Of a DNA stretch of 64,000 nucleotides, positions 51,344 through 63,388 are shown piece by piece; position 1 is the first letter of the stretch; every line of letters begins with the position of its first letter. The notes below the pieces were generated by a model that was given only the letters and a program-made list of their open reading frames with translations, searched no databases and was not told the DNA's origin. Origin of the DNA: Raja brachyura (taxonomy: Eukaryota); contig OY740782.1 in the NCBI GenBank assembly GCA_963514005.1, positions 32,364,001 to 32,428,000 of the forward strand. Direction: 5' to 3'. The translations under genes were made by a program, and so were the position numbers.

Positions 51344-52265
51344 ATGAGAAACAGAGTCCTTTTATTGACAAAGAACACACTGAATGTAATTGATATTAAG
51401 ATTTATTTTGTTTTGATTTCTTGATTATCATAAGCTTTATTGTTTGTATATGTTCTTCTTTTCATCCGTTTGCCATTTTAGATTTTTCTTCAATGTGATG
51501 ACTTTGGTGGTAATTCTTCATCTCTTTCTGTGTAGGAAACAGGTTTGTCCGAGTTGTTTGCGGGAATAGAATGGGTGGTGAATGGGAGAAACAATGAATT
51601 AATATGAAAACTCAAATCATTCCACTTGCTTTGGCATGCTTCTTTTAAATTTCCTTTTGTGTATGTGTATTTAATTTTGTGACATTAAAAACTAATCAGA
51701 AGAAGCAAGACAGTATTAAGCTATCAAACATTCAGAGGTCAGGAACGAATATCCAGACTGAAGTATTTACCATACTTTGGGAATTCTGAGGAAGCCAGCA
51801 TTGTTACCAGATCCCAGTCCCCAAGATGTCTCCTCCCCATTGAATTCAAAGTAGATAATCATTTATCTTTGATTGTAATGCCTGGGTGAGCGCTCTATTC
51901 TCTAATGATCATCAGATTGGGAGATGTGACAGAAGTTTGTTGGAGTTACTTAGAAAGATCCTGGAGCTAGGAAGTTGATTGTCAGCATGAGCTTCAGCAT
52001 AACTATCCCTCAATGCCTGGCTAAAGATCACCAAATCATTGTGTGTTTAAGATGTCGTGACCTGTTAGACCCACCCAGGTATGCACTTGATGGTGGTTTG
52101 CCCATTGTTTTATTGTCAATTCTTTCTCAAAGATATTTTGCGTTTAAAAAGCTATATTTTAGTTTATGTAGATTTTGCTTTTTCCAGCCATTTATGCTCA
52201 TTCCTACTCTATTCTTCCTGTGGATCAATAATGTATATTGCTCCTCTTCCTTCGCTTCGAACAAC

Positions 52266-52422
52266 ATAGCTCTTAGGGCTAAGGGAATCAAGGGCTATGG
52301 GGGAAAAAGCCGGAACAGGGTACTGATTTTCGATGATCAGCCATGATCATATTGAATGGCTTTGCTGGCTCGAAGGACCAAATGGCCCTACTGCACCTGT
52401 TGTCTGTGTTTCTATGTTTCTA
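52266..52422 (+). mobile_element. CR1 3' tail fragment
   Basis: gatgatcagccatgatcatattgaatgg..tttctatgtttcta. Confidence 0.82.
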
Positions 52423-52602
52423 TAATAATGTTAGCGGTCTGGCCTCTATTGTCAATTAATGTACAGACAATTGATTACATTAACAGATATTGCATAGAAT
52501 GACTGAGATAACAAAGGTATTTCCATCCAAGTTGTGCACCCTGAGGCTTGTTCTCGATTGTTCTCTATTCCTTGGAGCGCAGGAGGATGAGGGTTACAAA
52601 AT

Positions 52603-52779
52603 CATGATATCATGGCTGAACATCCACAATCAGTACCCTGTTCCTGCCTTCTCCCCATATCCCCCGACTCCACTATCTTTAAGAGCCCTATCTAGCTCTC
52701 TCTTGAAAGTATGCAGAGAAATGGCCTCCACTGCCCTCTGAGGCAGAGAATTCTACAGACTCACAACTCTCTGTGTGAG
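52603..52779 (-). mobile_element. CR1 3' fragment
   Basis: cagtaccctgttcctgccttctcccc..ctcacaactctctgtgtg. Confidence 0.82.
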
Positions 52780-52780
52780 C

Positions 52781-53431
52781 AAGTTCAAGTTACATTTATT
52801 GTCACATGCACCAATTGGTACAGTGAGATTTGAAATACCATACAGCCATATGAATAAAAAGAACACAATACACAATAGAATTTAACATGAACATCCCCAC
52901 ACAGCAGAATCAACGTTTCCCGCTGTGAGTGAAGGCAATAAAGTTCAGTCAACTTCCTCTTTGGTCACCCATGGTTGGGGCCTTTGAGCCCTCCCCAGCT
53001 GCCGCTACGGGCGGCCTGAATGCACAGGCCCTCTCCCAAAGTTCACAGACCAAGCTGAGCGGAGATTCAACGCTGGCGACCCTCGGCAAAAGATCCCAGG
53101 ACTCCGCGATGTTAAAGTCAACGCCGCACGCGGCTGGAAGCTCCGTAACCACAGCACCACGGTATTAATCAGCAGACCCAACACTCCGGAGCTCTAATAA
53201 GGTGATCCCCAGTAAGGCATTACCCGCTCCGTGAAGGAATCCAGTGCTGCGCCGCTGCTGAAACTCTGGCCGGTCTCCGGCAGGAAAGCCCGTGCCAATC
53301 CAGATGGTAGACTGCGAGAGGGGATTCTTAGATGCGACTCGGAGAAAAGAAGCATTCTCGACCAGGAAGTGACTGAGAAAACGGTTTCCCCCTCTCCCCC
53401 CACCCCCACATAAAAAAGACTAAGAAACCTC
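52781..53431 (-). mobile_element. Unclassified GC-rich retroposon with LINE-type tail
   Basis: Minus-strand 3' end aataaatgtaacttgaactt; CpG-rich non-coding body. Confidence 0.5.
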
Positions 53432-54600
53432 CAAAACCATACCATTTCAAGGAGGGTGCATGACCACCAAATTCAAGTGCAGTTTCATACCATTTCATGC
53501 AGGGTGAAACCACCATAAAACATCACAAAATACCACAACACCATATAAAAATCACATAAAAACCACACTCACAGTTCAGTAGACATTCAGTGTGTTCAGT
53601 TGATTCACACCTCAGACAGTCGTGACCTCTCCTTCCCCATCTTGCAGAGACTGAGCCAAGCCCACACTTCCGGCTTTTATAGTACCTCCTCCCACCCTCA
53701 GGAAGGGGCGTGGCCTTCATGGCATGATTGACAGCAGAGAGAATCTCAACATTTTTTAAACACTAATAACTCTTTTATTTTTCATCAATGGGAAAAATCC
53801 TCTGCACCTGATGAGCGGAGGGGGACTCTGGGTAAGATGGCCAAAAATCATAGCCGTAAGTGGTAGCATTTCTTCTAGAATCAATATACAGTAGAAACAG
53901 GAAGTGGTCAAGTTTCGACTTTTAATTATATAGATAAGGCAACACCACTTTTCAATAAGGCAAAGGCAAGACCACTTTTCAATAAGGCAATGGGAAGACC
54001 ACTTTTCAATAAGCCATAGGCAACACCATTTTCAATAAGGCAAAGACAACACCACTTTTCAATAAGGCAAAGGCAAAACCACTTTTTAATAAGGCAAAGG
54101 TAACACCACTTTTGCATTTTGAAACCAACACCACTTTTGCAGTTTCAAACCAACACCACTTTTGCATTTTCAAACCACATTTTCAAACTACATTTTCAAA
54201 GTACATTAAGGGCACTCACAGGTCAGTAAAACCACTCACAGTTTAGTACACATGTGTTCAGTGTTATTCCCAGCTCAACTGAGAGTTGTGACCTCTTGCT
54301 CTCCCATCTTGCAGAGACTGAGGCAGTCCACACTTCCGGGTTTTATCGTCCCTCCCCCTGTCACCAGAAGGGGCGTGGCCTTCCTAGCATGATTGACAGG
54401 AGAAAAAATCTCAACATGTTTTAAACATTAAAAAGTCTTTTATTTTTCATCGATGGGAAAAATCCTCTTGTCCTGCGCAGCGGAGGGGGACTCTGAGTAA
54501 GATTGCCAAAAATCACAGTCGTAAATAGTAGCATTTTTTTCTAAAATTAATGTGCAGTGTAAAGAGGAAGTGATCAAGATTTGAGTTTTAATTATATAGA
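53432..54600 (-). mobile_element. Two nested or tandem non-autonomous Helitron 5' halves
   Basis: A|TCTATA 5' ends at 53934 and 54600; shared subterminal block of about 350 bp; 27-bp tandem aaggcaaaggcaagaccacttttcaat at about 53936-54112. Confidence 0.8.
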
Positions 54601-54944
54601 TTGGGGGCAGATGCTGCAAACCATTTTCCCCTTAACATAGGGATTAACATAGGTAGGGTGTAGATTTAGGGCAATGGATAGGGGTATCAGAGGATTTGAG
54701 GAATATTTTTACGCAAAGGATCTTTGAAATGTGGAACACTTTGCCTGAGGGCGTGTTAGAGGCAGATCATCGCACAACTTTCATATATTTATCATGTCAT
54801 AAGATCATAAGTACTGCTATCATATTTAAACTGGGCCCGAAGGATAGAATATGCTCCCATCATGATGATGCCCTGATCAGTGTAGCAATATATGGACATG
54901 TAGCAGCTGTTCCTCGTGTGATTGGAAACTTTAGGTAAGGTGAT

Positions 54945-56520
54945 AGCGATAGGAGCAGAATTAGGCCATTTGGCCCATCAAGTCTACTCCGCCATTCAAT
55001 CATAGCTGATCCTTCTCTCCCTCCTAACCCAATTCACCTGCCTTCTCCCCATAACATCTGACACCAATACTAATCAAGAATCTATCTATCTCTGCCTTAA
55101 ATATACCAATGACTTTGCCTCCACAACCTCCTGTGGCAAAGAATTCCACAGATTCACCACCCTCTGATTACAGAAATTCCTCCTCCTCGCTTTCCCAAAA
55201 TAACATCTTTGAATGCATCTTTGAACAATATTGAATGCAACATCTCCAGGTTTGTGGATGACACGAAGCTGGGGGGCAGTGTTAGCTGTGAGGAGGATGG
55301 TAGGAGGCTGCAAGGTGACTTGGATAGGTTGGGTGAGTGGGCAAATGCATGGCAGATGTAGTATAATGTGGATAAATGTGAGGTTATCCACTTTGGTGGC
55401 AAAAACAGGAAAGTAGACTATTATCTGAATGGTGGCCGATTAGGAAAAGGGGAGATGCAACGAGACCTGGGTGTCATGGGACACCAATCATTGAAAGTAG
55501 GCATGCAGGTGCAGCAGGCAATGAAGAAAGCGAATGGTATGTTGGCATTCATAGCAAAAGGATTTGAGTACAAGAGCAGAGAGGTTCTACTGCAGTTGTA
55601 CAGGGTCTTGGTGAGGCCACACCTGGAGTATTGCGTACAGTTTTGGTCTCCTAATCTGAGGAAAGACATTCTTGCCATAGAGGGAGCACAGAGAAGGTTC
55701 ACCAGACTGATTCCTGGGATGGCAGGACTTCCATATGAAGAAAGACTGGATAGACTCGGATTGTACTCGCTGGAATTTAGAAGATTGAGGGGGGATCTTA
55801 TAGAGACTTACAAAATTCTTAAAGGGTTGGACTGGCTAGATGCTGGAAGCTTGTTCCCGATGTTGGGGAAGTCCAGAACAAGCGGCACAGTTTAAGGATA
55901 AGGGGGAAGTCTTTTAGGACCAAGATGAGAAAATCATTTTTCACACAGAGAGTGGTGAATCTGTGGAATTCTCTGCCACAGAAGGTAGTTGAGGCCAGTT
56001 CATTGGCTATATTTAAGAGGGAGTTAGATGTGGCCCTTGTGGCTAAAGGGATCAGGGGGTATGGAGCGAAGGCAGGTACAGGATACTAAGTTGGATGATC
56101 AGCCGAATGGCGTACTCCTGCACCTATTTTCTATGTTTCTATGTAACATCCTTTACTTCGGAGGCTATGACCTCTAGTTCTAGACTCTTCCTCTAGTGGA
56201 GACATCCTCTCCACATCCACTCTATTCAATGAGGTCCTCCCTCAGTCTTCCAAACTCCAGCGAGTAAAGGCCCAGTGCCGTCAAACACTTATCATATGTT
56301 AACCTACTCATTCCTTGGATCATTCTTGTAAAACTCCTCTGTACCCCCTTCAGAGCCAGCACATCCTACCTCAGATTATGGTGCCCAAAATTGCTCACAA
56401 TATTCCAAACACGATCTGAACTGCACATTTTAGAGCCGCAGCATTACAGCCCTGTTTTTGCATACAAGCCCTCTTGAGATAAATGGGAGCATTGCATTTG
56501 CTTTCTTTATACCGATTCAG
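54945..56520 (-). mobile_element. CR1 3' fragment interrupted by an opposite-strand CR1
   Basis: Continuity cccaaaataacatc|ctttacttcgg across 55207/56151. Confidence 0.8.
55230..56143 (+). mobile_element. Nested young CR1 LINE
   Basis: ORF 55368..55895 ([23 protein letters not shown]); 7-bp TSD taacatc. Confidence 0.93.
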
Positions 56521-59099
56521 ATGCTTGAAACATCATGGCATAGAGAGCTACCGGCAAATACTTGCAGAGTAATGCATTGAGTGCAGATAAGTGATGGCCA
56601 GATAAGTGATGGCCAAAGGAACGGTTTCCATGTTGTAAGTCTCCATTATAGTCTTTCTACAACCTTTCACATATATTTATGTAATGATAACCTTGGAAAA
56701 CCTGAGGCTGTGAATGTATTTGTCAGAAAGTCCAGGTGGAGTATAGTGTCTCTCAGCTAAGTACAAGCTCTTTGCTATTGTCCATTGCTTTTCCTTCTGC
56801 CCGTGGGTCCCATTCTGAGTGGCCAGACAGAGTCATAGCAGTGATGTAATGACAGTGGTATTGCTGCAGGTGAAATTATGTGATGAGTGTCTCAGCAGCT
56901 ACAGTATGTATTGGAGAGTGCACTTGTTTAGTTTCAACACACTGCTTGACTTGCCTTCTGTCAGTGAAATCCAGTTTATTTCAGGAGAGCTGGAAATGGG
57001 ATAAGGTCATAAGCTAAATTGGATCATGCTCTGGGAGATGTCGAGAAAATATTCCAGCAAAGCAAGAGGCTCAATTCAATTAGGTAGGTCTGTGACAGTG
57101 GCAGGTCCTGAATAACATCATGGGCTACAAGATGAAATCAGGGGCAATCTCTGATAACCTGGCATCTCTACTGGATATAAACTCAATGCCTCCACCCCCT
57201 CCCCCCTCCCCCCCCCCCCCCCCCCCCCTCGCTCACTGCGCTCCCTCTGGCTTGGTTGCAGCGCTCCCTCACAATTTCTTACTCTCAGCTCTCACCCAAT
57301 GTTGGCAGCCCTGCCATCAGGAAGGGCTCCCATACCTGATGTCCACATTACATTTCATCTGATATATGCTTGTTTTTAATGGATCTTATGTCCTTATTAA
57401 GAAAGCAGAAACAAGATATCACAAATATAATTGTAACATGATCGGTTGAGTTAATTGAGTTACAAAATAACATTCTTAGGGGTATAATTGTCAAGGCTAG
57501 GCAGTTTGTAACGTCATTACACACAAAGAGCTTAATTTAAAGTGTAGCACATCGATTGTTTCAGGGGGCCATTGTGGAATAGAAGATTTTCTGTTTTTTA
57601 CTCAAATTCTTAAACAATTTTTCGCTTATGCGTTATCAAATTTCTTAGTGACAGGAGTTCTATAAAAAAAAACCTATTGAGCCTCTGAATGTTGTCATCT
57701 CCCTGTATGATTTTAGTGCCTGTACGATTTAGAGTATAACTTTAAACTGATGCCTGTAATAATCTGGAGATTATGTGCTTAAATTTCATTTTGCACTAAT
57801 GTGCAATTACTAGCCTCATGAACAAAGCTTTGATCATTTGTCATTTCATTGAAATAGTGGGGCCTTGCTTGCTGTGGCCTCATTTTCTTCTACAACAGAT
57901 GTACAGTACTTTGACTTGAAACAAAATCAATGTCTCCTTCATATGTAGATGGACAGATAATGAGGTTTACCACTCATTTAAAGAATGCCACACATGGGTT
58001 TTCTCCAAAGGCTTATCAAAATGAAATGGAGACTTTCATTGCCTGACTCAGAATGACATGTCAAAATCTGTTAGGTTAAAGGTCAGTTTTGAGAGATCAT
58101 TCATGTATTTGAAGTAGAAATTTGGAGAGGCACTCACAGCTTGTTGGAAAAATAATACAGAGGTAAAAAAAAGTAACTTGTGCATTAAAAGGGTTTCTTG
58201 AAGCAAAGAATGTGACCTTATAGCTTATTCAGACTTGGTTTCATTGCAAGGGACTTTAATGTTTCATTCATTTAAAGATGCCTTAGGATTTGCAATTTAC
58301 AAAACCTTCACATCATTTAAATAGAATATTTGACCCAACAGGTGTGTGCAGGTAGTTGTGATCAATATGTTTCACATCTGACCAAACGTATCAACGGTAA
58401 ATTGTGAAAGAAATGTATTATTTCATATTTGAAATATTCATTTATGCAAAATAATAAGGACTTGCAGTAATGTATTGTCGATTTAGAATGCAGGAATAAA
58501 TTCTGGCAAAGAAAACTTGGGAAATGAACCATAAATCAAGGAAGGTTAATTAATTAAGGAGAATAGGTTAGTATAAGTGTTTTGTGATGGATAGGTACAA
58601 ATATAATTTCATCGTTCATTTAAAATGTTGGCATTTGTGTGACTTTTTAAAGTTATACTTTAAAGTTAAGTTATAAAGTTATGTTTTTCTCCTTTGTCTT
58701 CAAAAGTCTTTTGCTCTCCTCTGAACAGGTAATTGTGTCAGTAAATGTGACATAACCTGATACATGGGCTTCTCTATGTGGTGTGCAACTGTTAAGTCAC
58801 CTCTGCTCTAATAAAAAACACCCCAGTTTTCGTGTCTTGTCTTCCTATTGACATGCCTCATACCATACTGCATACCATGTTGCTTATGGTTTATAGACAA
58901 ATAATATGGGGATGTAGGTTAGTTTGTAGCTTTGGACAAACTATCAGAGTTAATGTTTCAGGTCGAAGACCACTGAAAACTAGAAAGATGCAAAGACAAG
59001 TTGCAGTGAGTGTATGCATTAAGTGAATTAAAATAATGTTTGTGATAGCTTCATGTATCACAATTGTTCATGGTGCTATCTAGTTAATAACGGACCAGG

Positions 59100-60062
59100 G
59101 TGACTCTTTCCCCTGACCTCCCCCTCCTCCCCTGCACCCCGTGCAAACTTGCTCTTTTCCTCTCTTACGTATGCTCATCCCTTGTCCCCATCCAATATTG
59201 CCCTTTTATTCCCTATTCTTTCCTTTCCCCCAGTCTGCTTCCAGCCATATAACTCCCTCTGGCTTCACTGCTCCTCTTTACTTATCTGACACCCTTTCAT
59301 TTCTTTTTAACCTCCAGCCTTTGCCACTTACGCCACCTATCTGCCAGTCAGGTCCCCTCACCTGAATCCACCTATCACTGGCCCGGTTTTGCTCCACCCC
59401 ACCTCGCTTTTCAAGATCTCTTCCCCCTACTTCATCAATTGAAGAAGGTCTTGATCCAAAACGTCATCTGTCCAGGTCATCTGTCTGAGGAAAGACATCC
59501 TTGCCATAGAGGGGGCGCAGAGAAGATTCACCAGACTGATTCCTGGAATGTCAGGACTTTCATATGAGGAAAGATTGGATAGACTCGGCTTGTACTCGCT
59601 GGAATTTAGAAGATTGAGGGGGGATCTTATAGAAACTTACAAAATTCTTAAGGGGTTGGACAAGCTAGATGCTGGAAGATTGTTCCCGATGTTGGGGGAG
59701 TCCAGAACAAGGGGTCACAGTCTAAGGATAAGGGGGAATTCCTTTAGGACCGAAATGAGGAAAACATTCTTTACACAGAGAGTGGTGAGTCTCTGGAATT
59801 CTCTGCCACAGAAGGTAGTTGAGGCCAGTTCATTGGCTATATTTAAGAGGGCGTTGGATGTGGCACTTGTGGCTAAAGGGATCAGGGGGTATGGAGAGAA
59901 GGCAGGTACGGGATACTGAGTTGGATGATCAGCCATGATCACATTAAATGGCGGTGCAGGCTCGAAGGGCCGAATGGCCTACTCCTGCACCTATTTTCTA
60001 TGTTTCTATGTCCATTCCCTCCACAGATGATGCCTGACTCACTGAGTTTCTCTAGCACTTTG
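59100..60062 (+). mobile_element. Penelope-like pseudo-LTR remnant interrupted by CR1
   Basis: Pyrimidine-rich body, then degenerate ttgaagaaggtcttgatccaaaacgtc; resumes at tgtccattccctccacagatg (60009). Confidence 0.65.
59484..60008 (+). mobile_element. Young 5'-truncated CR1 LINE
   Basis: Uninterrupted C-terminal ORF 59548..59919; tail; TSD tgtcca. Confidence 0.93.
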
Positions 60063-60239
60063 ATGGATGCTGGAAATATTGTGCAGATCAGACCACATCA
60101 ATCGAAGGTCGATGATATGGCATCCGATCTGATTAGGTGGGAGTCAGAAGGAATTCTGAAAAAAATGGGAGATTCGGAATATGAGAAATATGTTCAAGAG
60201 AATGGTAACATTGAGGAAGAAGTTGCTCTTGAATCTGGT

Positions 60240-60800
60240 AGTTCTTGCTTTCAAGCTTTTGTGTCTTCTGTCAGACAGGAGAGGAGAGAGGAGAGAATGA
60301 CCAGGATGAAAACAGCCCTTGGTAATGTTGGCCACTTTCTCGAGGCAACAAAGTATTGATTGAGTCGATTGAAGGGTAATGGTCCGTTTGCATATTTCAG
60401 GGCTGCGTTCACAATTACAATCTGTTTTAGTCTTGGGAACAGCTGTGATCCAGTCCAAGAGGATGCATCAAGCAGTGATGTATTCTATGGTGTAGCTGCA
60501 GAAATTGGGACATGCCGAATTTCCCTCGTCTTCTGAAGACGGTGAGGTGTTGATAGGATTTTAGTTTTGGCCATATCGTCTATTTAGCTGGACCAATCCA
60601 AACTGTTGGTGACATTTCCAGCTATGAACTAGGAGCTCCCGTCCATCTTCTTTTCTGCACCGTTGCCACAAATTGGGATGTGTACTCCGGCCGACTTGTT
60701 TGTGATCTGTGGTCGTGTCATCTGCAAACTTGCAAATGGATTTAGAGAAAAATATGGCCGCACAGTCACGAGTGTAAAGGGATGACAGTAAGTGGCTGAA
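60240..60800 (-). mobile_element. Old Rex1/Babar-like LINE remnant
   Basis: LSSLYTRDC..SICKFADDTT; HPGHSLLSPLLSDRRHKSLKARTTRFKSNFF. Confidence 0.75.
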
Positions 60801-60859
60801 AATGCACCTTGCTGGACTTGTGCGGAGGCAAGTCAAGAGTGTATTATTGCCATAAATCC

Positions 60860-61572
60860 TGAAACAGAATACAACTGCTATGTAAATGTAGTATTCTATA
60901 AAACCAATAATAAACAACAAGAAACAAGTTCAGTATATTTAAAAAAAACACACAAATAAATAGACAATAATAGTGCAAAGTCAAAAATAAAGCCCCCAAA
61001 TCTATGTAGCTCATAGCCTATTTGGAGATTGTAGAGTTTAATGGTTGTTGGGAAGAAGCTGCTCCTGAACCTGAATGTTACAGTTGTCAGGCTCCTCTAC
61101 TGTCTTCCTGATGGCAGAAGTGAAGTGCAGGTCTCTGATGCTGGGTGCCATTTTGAGGCAGCTCTTGTAGGTCTTGTACCTCTTCAATGGTGGGGAGATC
61201 AGTTCCCGTAATGTTCACCATTTTTGCAATTTTCTTTGTTCCTGGGCATTCAAGTTATCTAACCAGGCCATGATGCAACCAGTCAATATGCTCTCTACTG
61301 AACAACTCCAGCAGTTCAAGAATGCATTTGTTGACTGAATCTCCTCAATCCTCTAGGAAGTAAAGGTGTAGAGGGCTTTTTTATGATTACATCAATGTGC
61401 TGAGTCCAGGACAGATGTTCGGTGATATGCATGCCCTGGAATTTGAAGCCTTTGACTCTCTCAACTTGATGAAGACAGGTTGGTGGATCTTCGTCCTTCC
61501 TCTTCCAAAGTCCACAATCAGTTCCTTGGTATTTCTGACATTGAGGGCAAGGTGGTTGTTTGGGTACCATTT
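60860..61572 (-). mobile_element. Rex1/Babar-like LINE remnant
   Basis: NHLALNVRNTKELIVDFGR; VERVKGFKFQGMHITEHLSWTQH. Confidence 0.75.
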
Positions 61573-62328
61573 AATCTGTAAATAGATCTCAAATGACACA
61601 GTAGTGGAGATGTATTGAAATGCAGATGCTGAGATTTTGAGCAAACCATAAAGTGCTGGAGGAACTCAGTGGGTCACAAAGCATCTGGGGATTGAATGGC
61701 TAGGTGATGGTTTGGGACGGGATCCTTCAACTTGGAATAGTGATTGCTTTGTAGGTTTTGTGTCAGGCATGTGAATAATGTGATGTGCCATGGCAGGCAA
61801 AAGTATGTAATTAAAATTACTGGGGATGTTGGCCGAGGGGAAGACTCTGACACTGTTTCACTAATCCTTCCAGTTGAGTTGGAGGATTTTGCAGAGAGAG
61901 ATTTGGTTGTATCTTTTCGGAGGCTTGAGGTGCCCTGGTGTAGAAACCCCAGATATCAGGAGAGAAAGAAACACTGCCTGTAAACAATCCAAAGTTTGGT
62001 AATAGCTTTCTCCATTTTTGAATATTTAGAACAAATAATGAAGAAAAGTGTTTTCTGATCAGAATCATAGATGGAGGATTTGCAAAAATAGATTTGAAAT
62101 CCACTTCAAAATATCACTTAATGAAACAATTTTGGTAATATACACTGTAACATAAATCATTGATAAATGCCAAATGTCACCTACTCATATTTTTGTTGCC
62201 TGGCCCATTGTGCTAATCCAACACTCTGTTCTTTTGTAAACCAACATCTGCAGTTCCTTGTTTCCACCAAGCTTATTGACTTCTAAATCAAACTATTATT
62301 TAAAGAGAACTAGAAAGATGCCACCCAG

Positions 62329-62538
62329 TTTTCACACAAAGGGTGGCGTGTGTATGGAACGAGCTGCCACAGAAGGTAGTTGAGGCAGGGTCTATCCCAA
62401 TGTTTAAGAAACAGTTAGACAGGTACAATGGATAGGACAGGTTTGGAGGGATATGGGCCAAACACAGGTAGGTGGAACATGTTGGCTGGTGTGGGCAGGT
62501 TTTACCGAATGGCCTGTTTCCGCACTGTATGATTCTAT
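62329..62538 (+). mobile_element. CR1-type 3' tail fragment
   Basis: ttttcacacaaagggtggcgtgtgtatggaacgagctgcc..ggcctgtttccgcactgtatgattcta. Confidence 0.8.
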
Positions 62539-63388
62539 AAGTTGCACATTTGTGTGTGTGCCCAATAGCTGTCATTTATCTTCTTTAGCAGGCTGAATGT
62601 AGTGTATGACCTTGAGCTAATTTTTCCTCTTGGCTTAGAATCTTGTCAGAAAAAACAGTCAAGGTGGATTGGTGCCAGTGTGTCATCTCTGGTTTTTGAC
62701 TGGGTGGATCTTACAGCTCAGCATTGTTAGCAATGATGTTCTGGTGATATTTTGGCTGGCTCTGGATAGTCGGCTATTGAGTGTTAGCAATGGTGAGATG
62801 AGATTAGTTGCATTTTGGGCTGCTGGGGATGTGATAGCAAATCTGCTTCTAAGCCATGTAAAATGTAAGCCACCGAATGCCCGTCTCTATCAGGCAGCGT
62901 GACCAGATTTTCACTAAAGCAGTGTTATTCAAGATGGGATAAACCTTTGACATACTCTACCTGTACCTGGGCTAACTTGTTCATTATCAGTTCTAAGTAG
63001 TGATAAAAATGTGCAGAAGTGCTACAGTTTGTTAAAGTTCAAGATGCTGAATGTAATAGCATAATGATTAGTAGAAGGTTCCAAATAGAAAGAAGAGTTG
63101 ATCATCAATCAGAAATTGAGTTTAATTGAAACAGTGCAGAGGACAAAGACTGAGTTCAGAGTGGTAGTAGGTGAATGGAAATTAAACATTAAACTTGGAA
63201 AAGAAAACTACAGATGTTAGAAGTTTTAAATAAAAATAGGAAATGCTGGAGGGAATGGGAAGGTCAGATAGCAGCCTGCTTGAGTATTTCTATTTTTTCC
63301 TGTTTCCATTTTAACAAGTGTTTGAATTCAGTGCCAATGGAGGTGCTAAGCAAATATATCACCTAATCTCTTGCATTTTCCAATGTAG

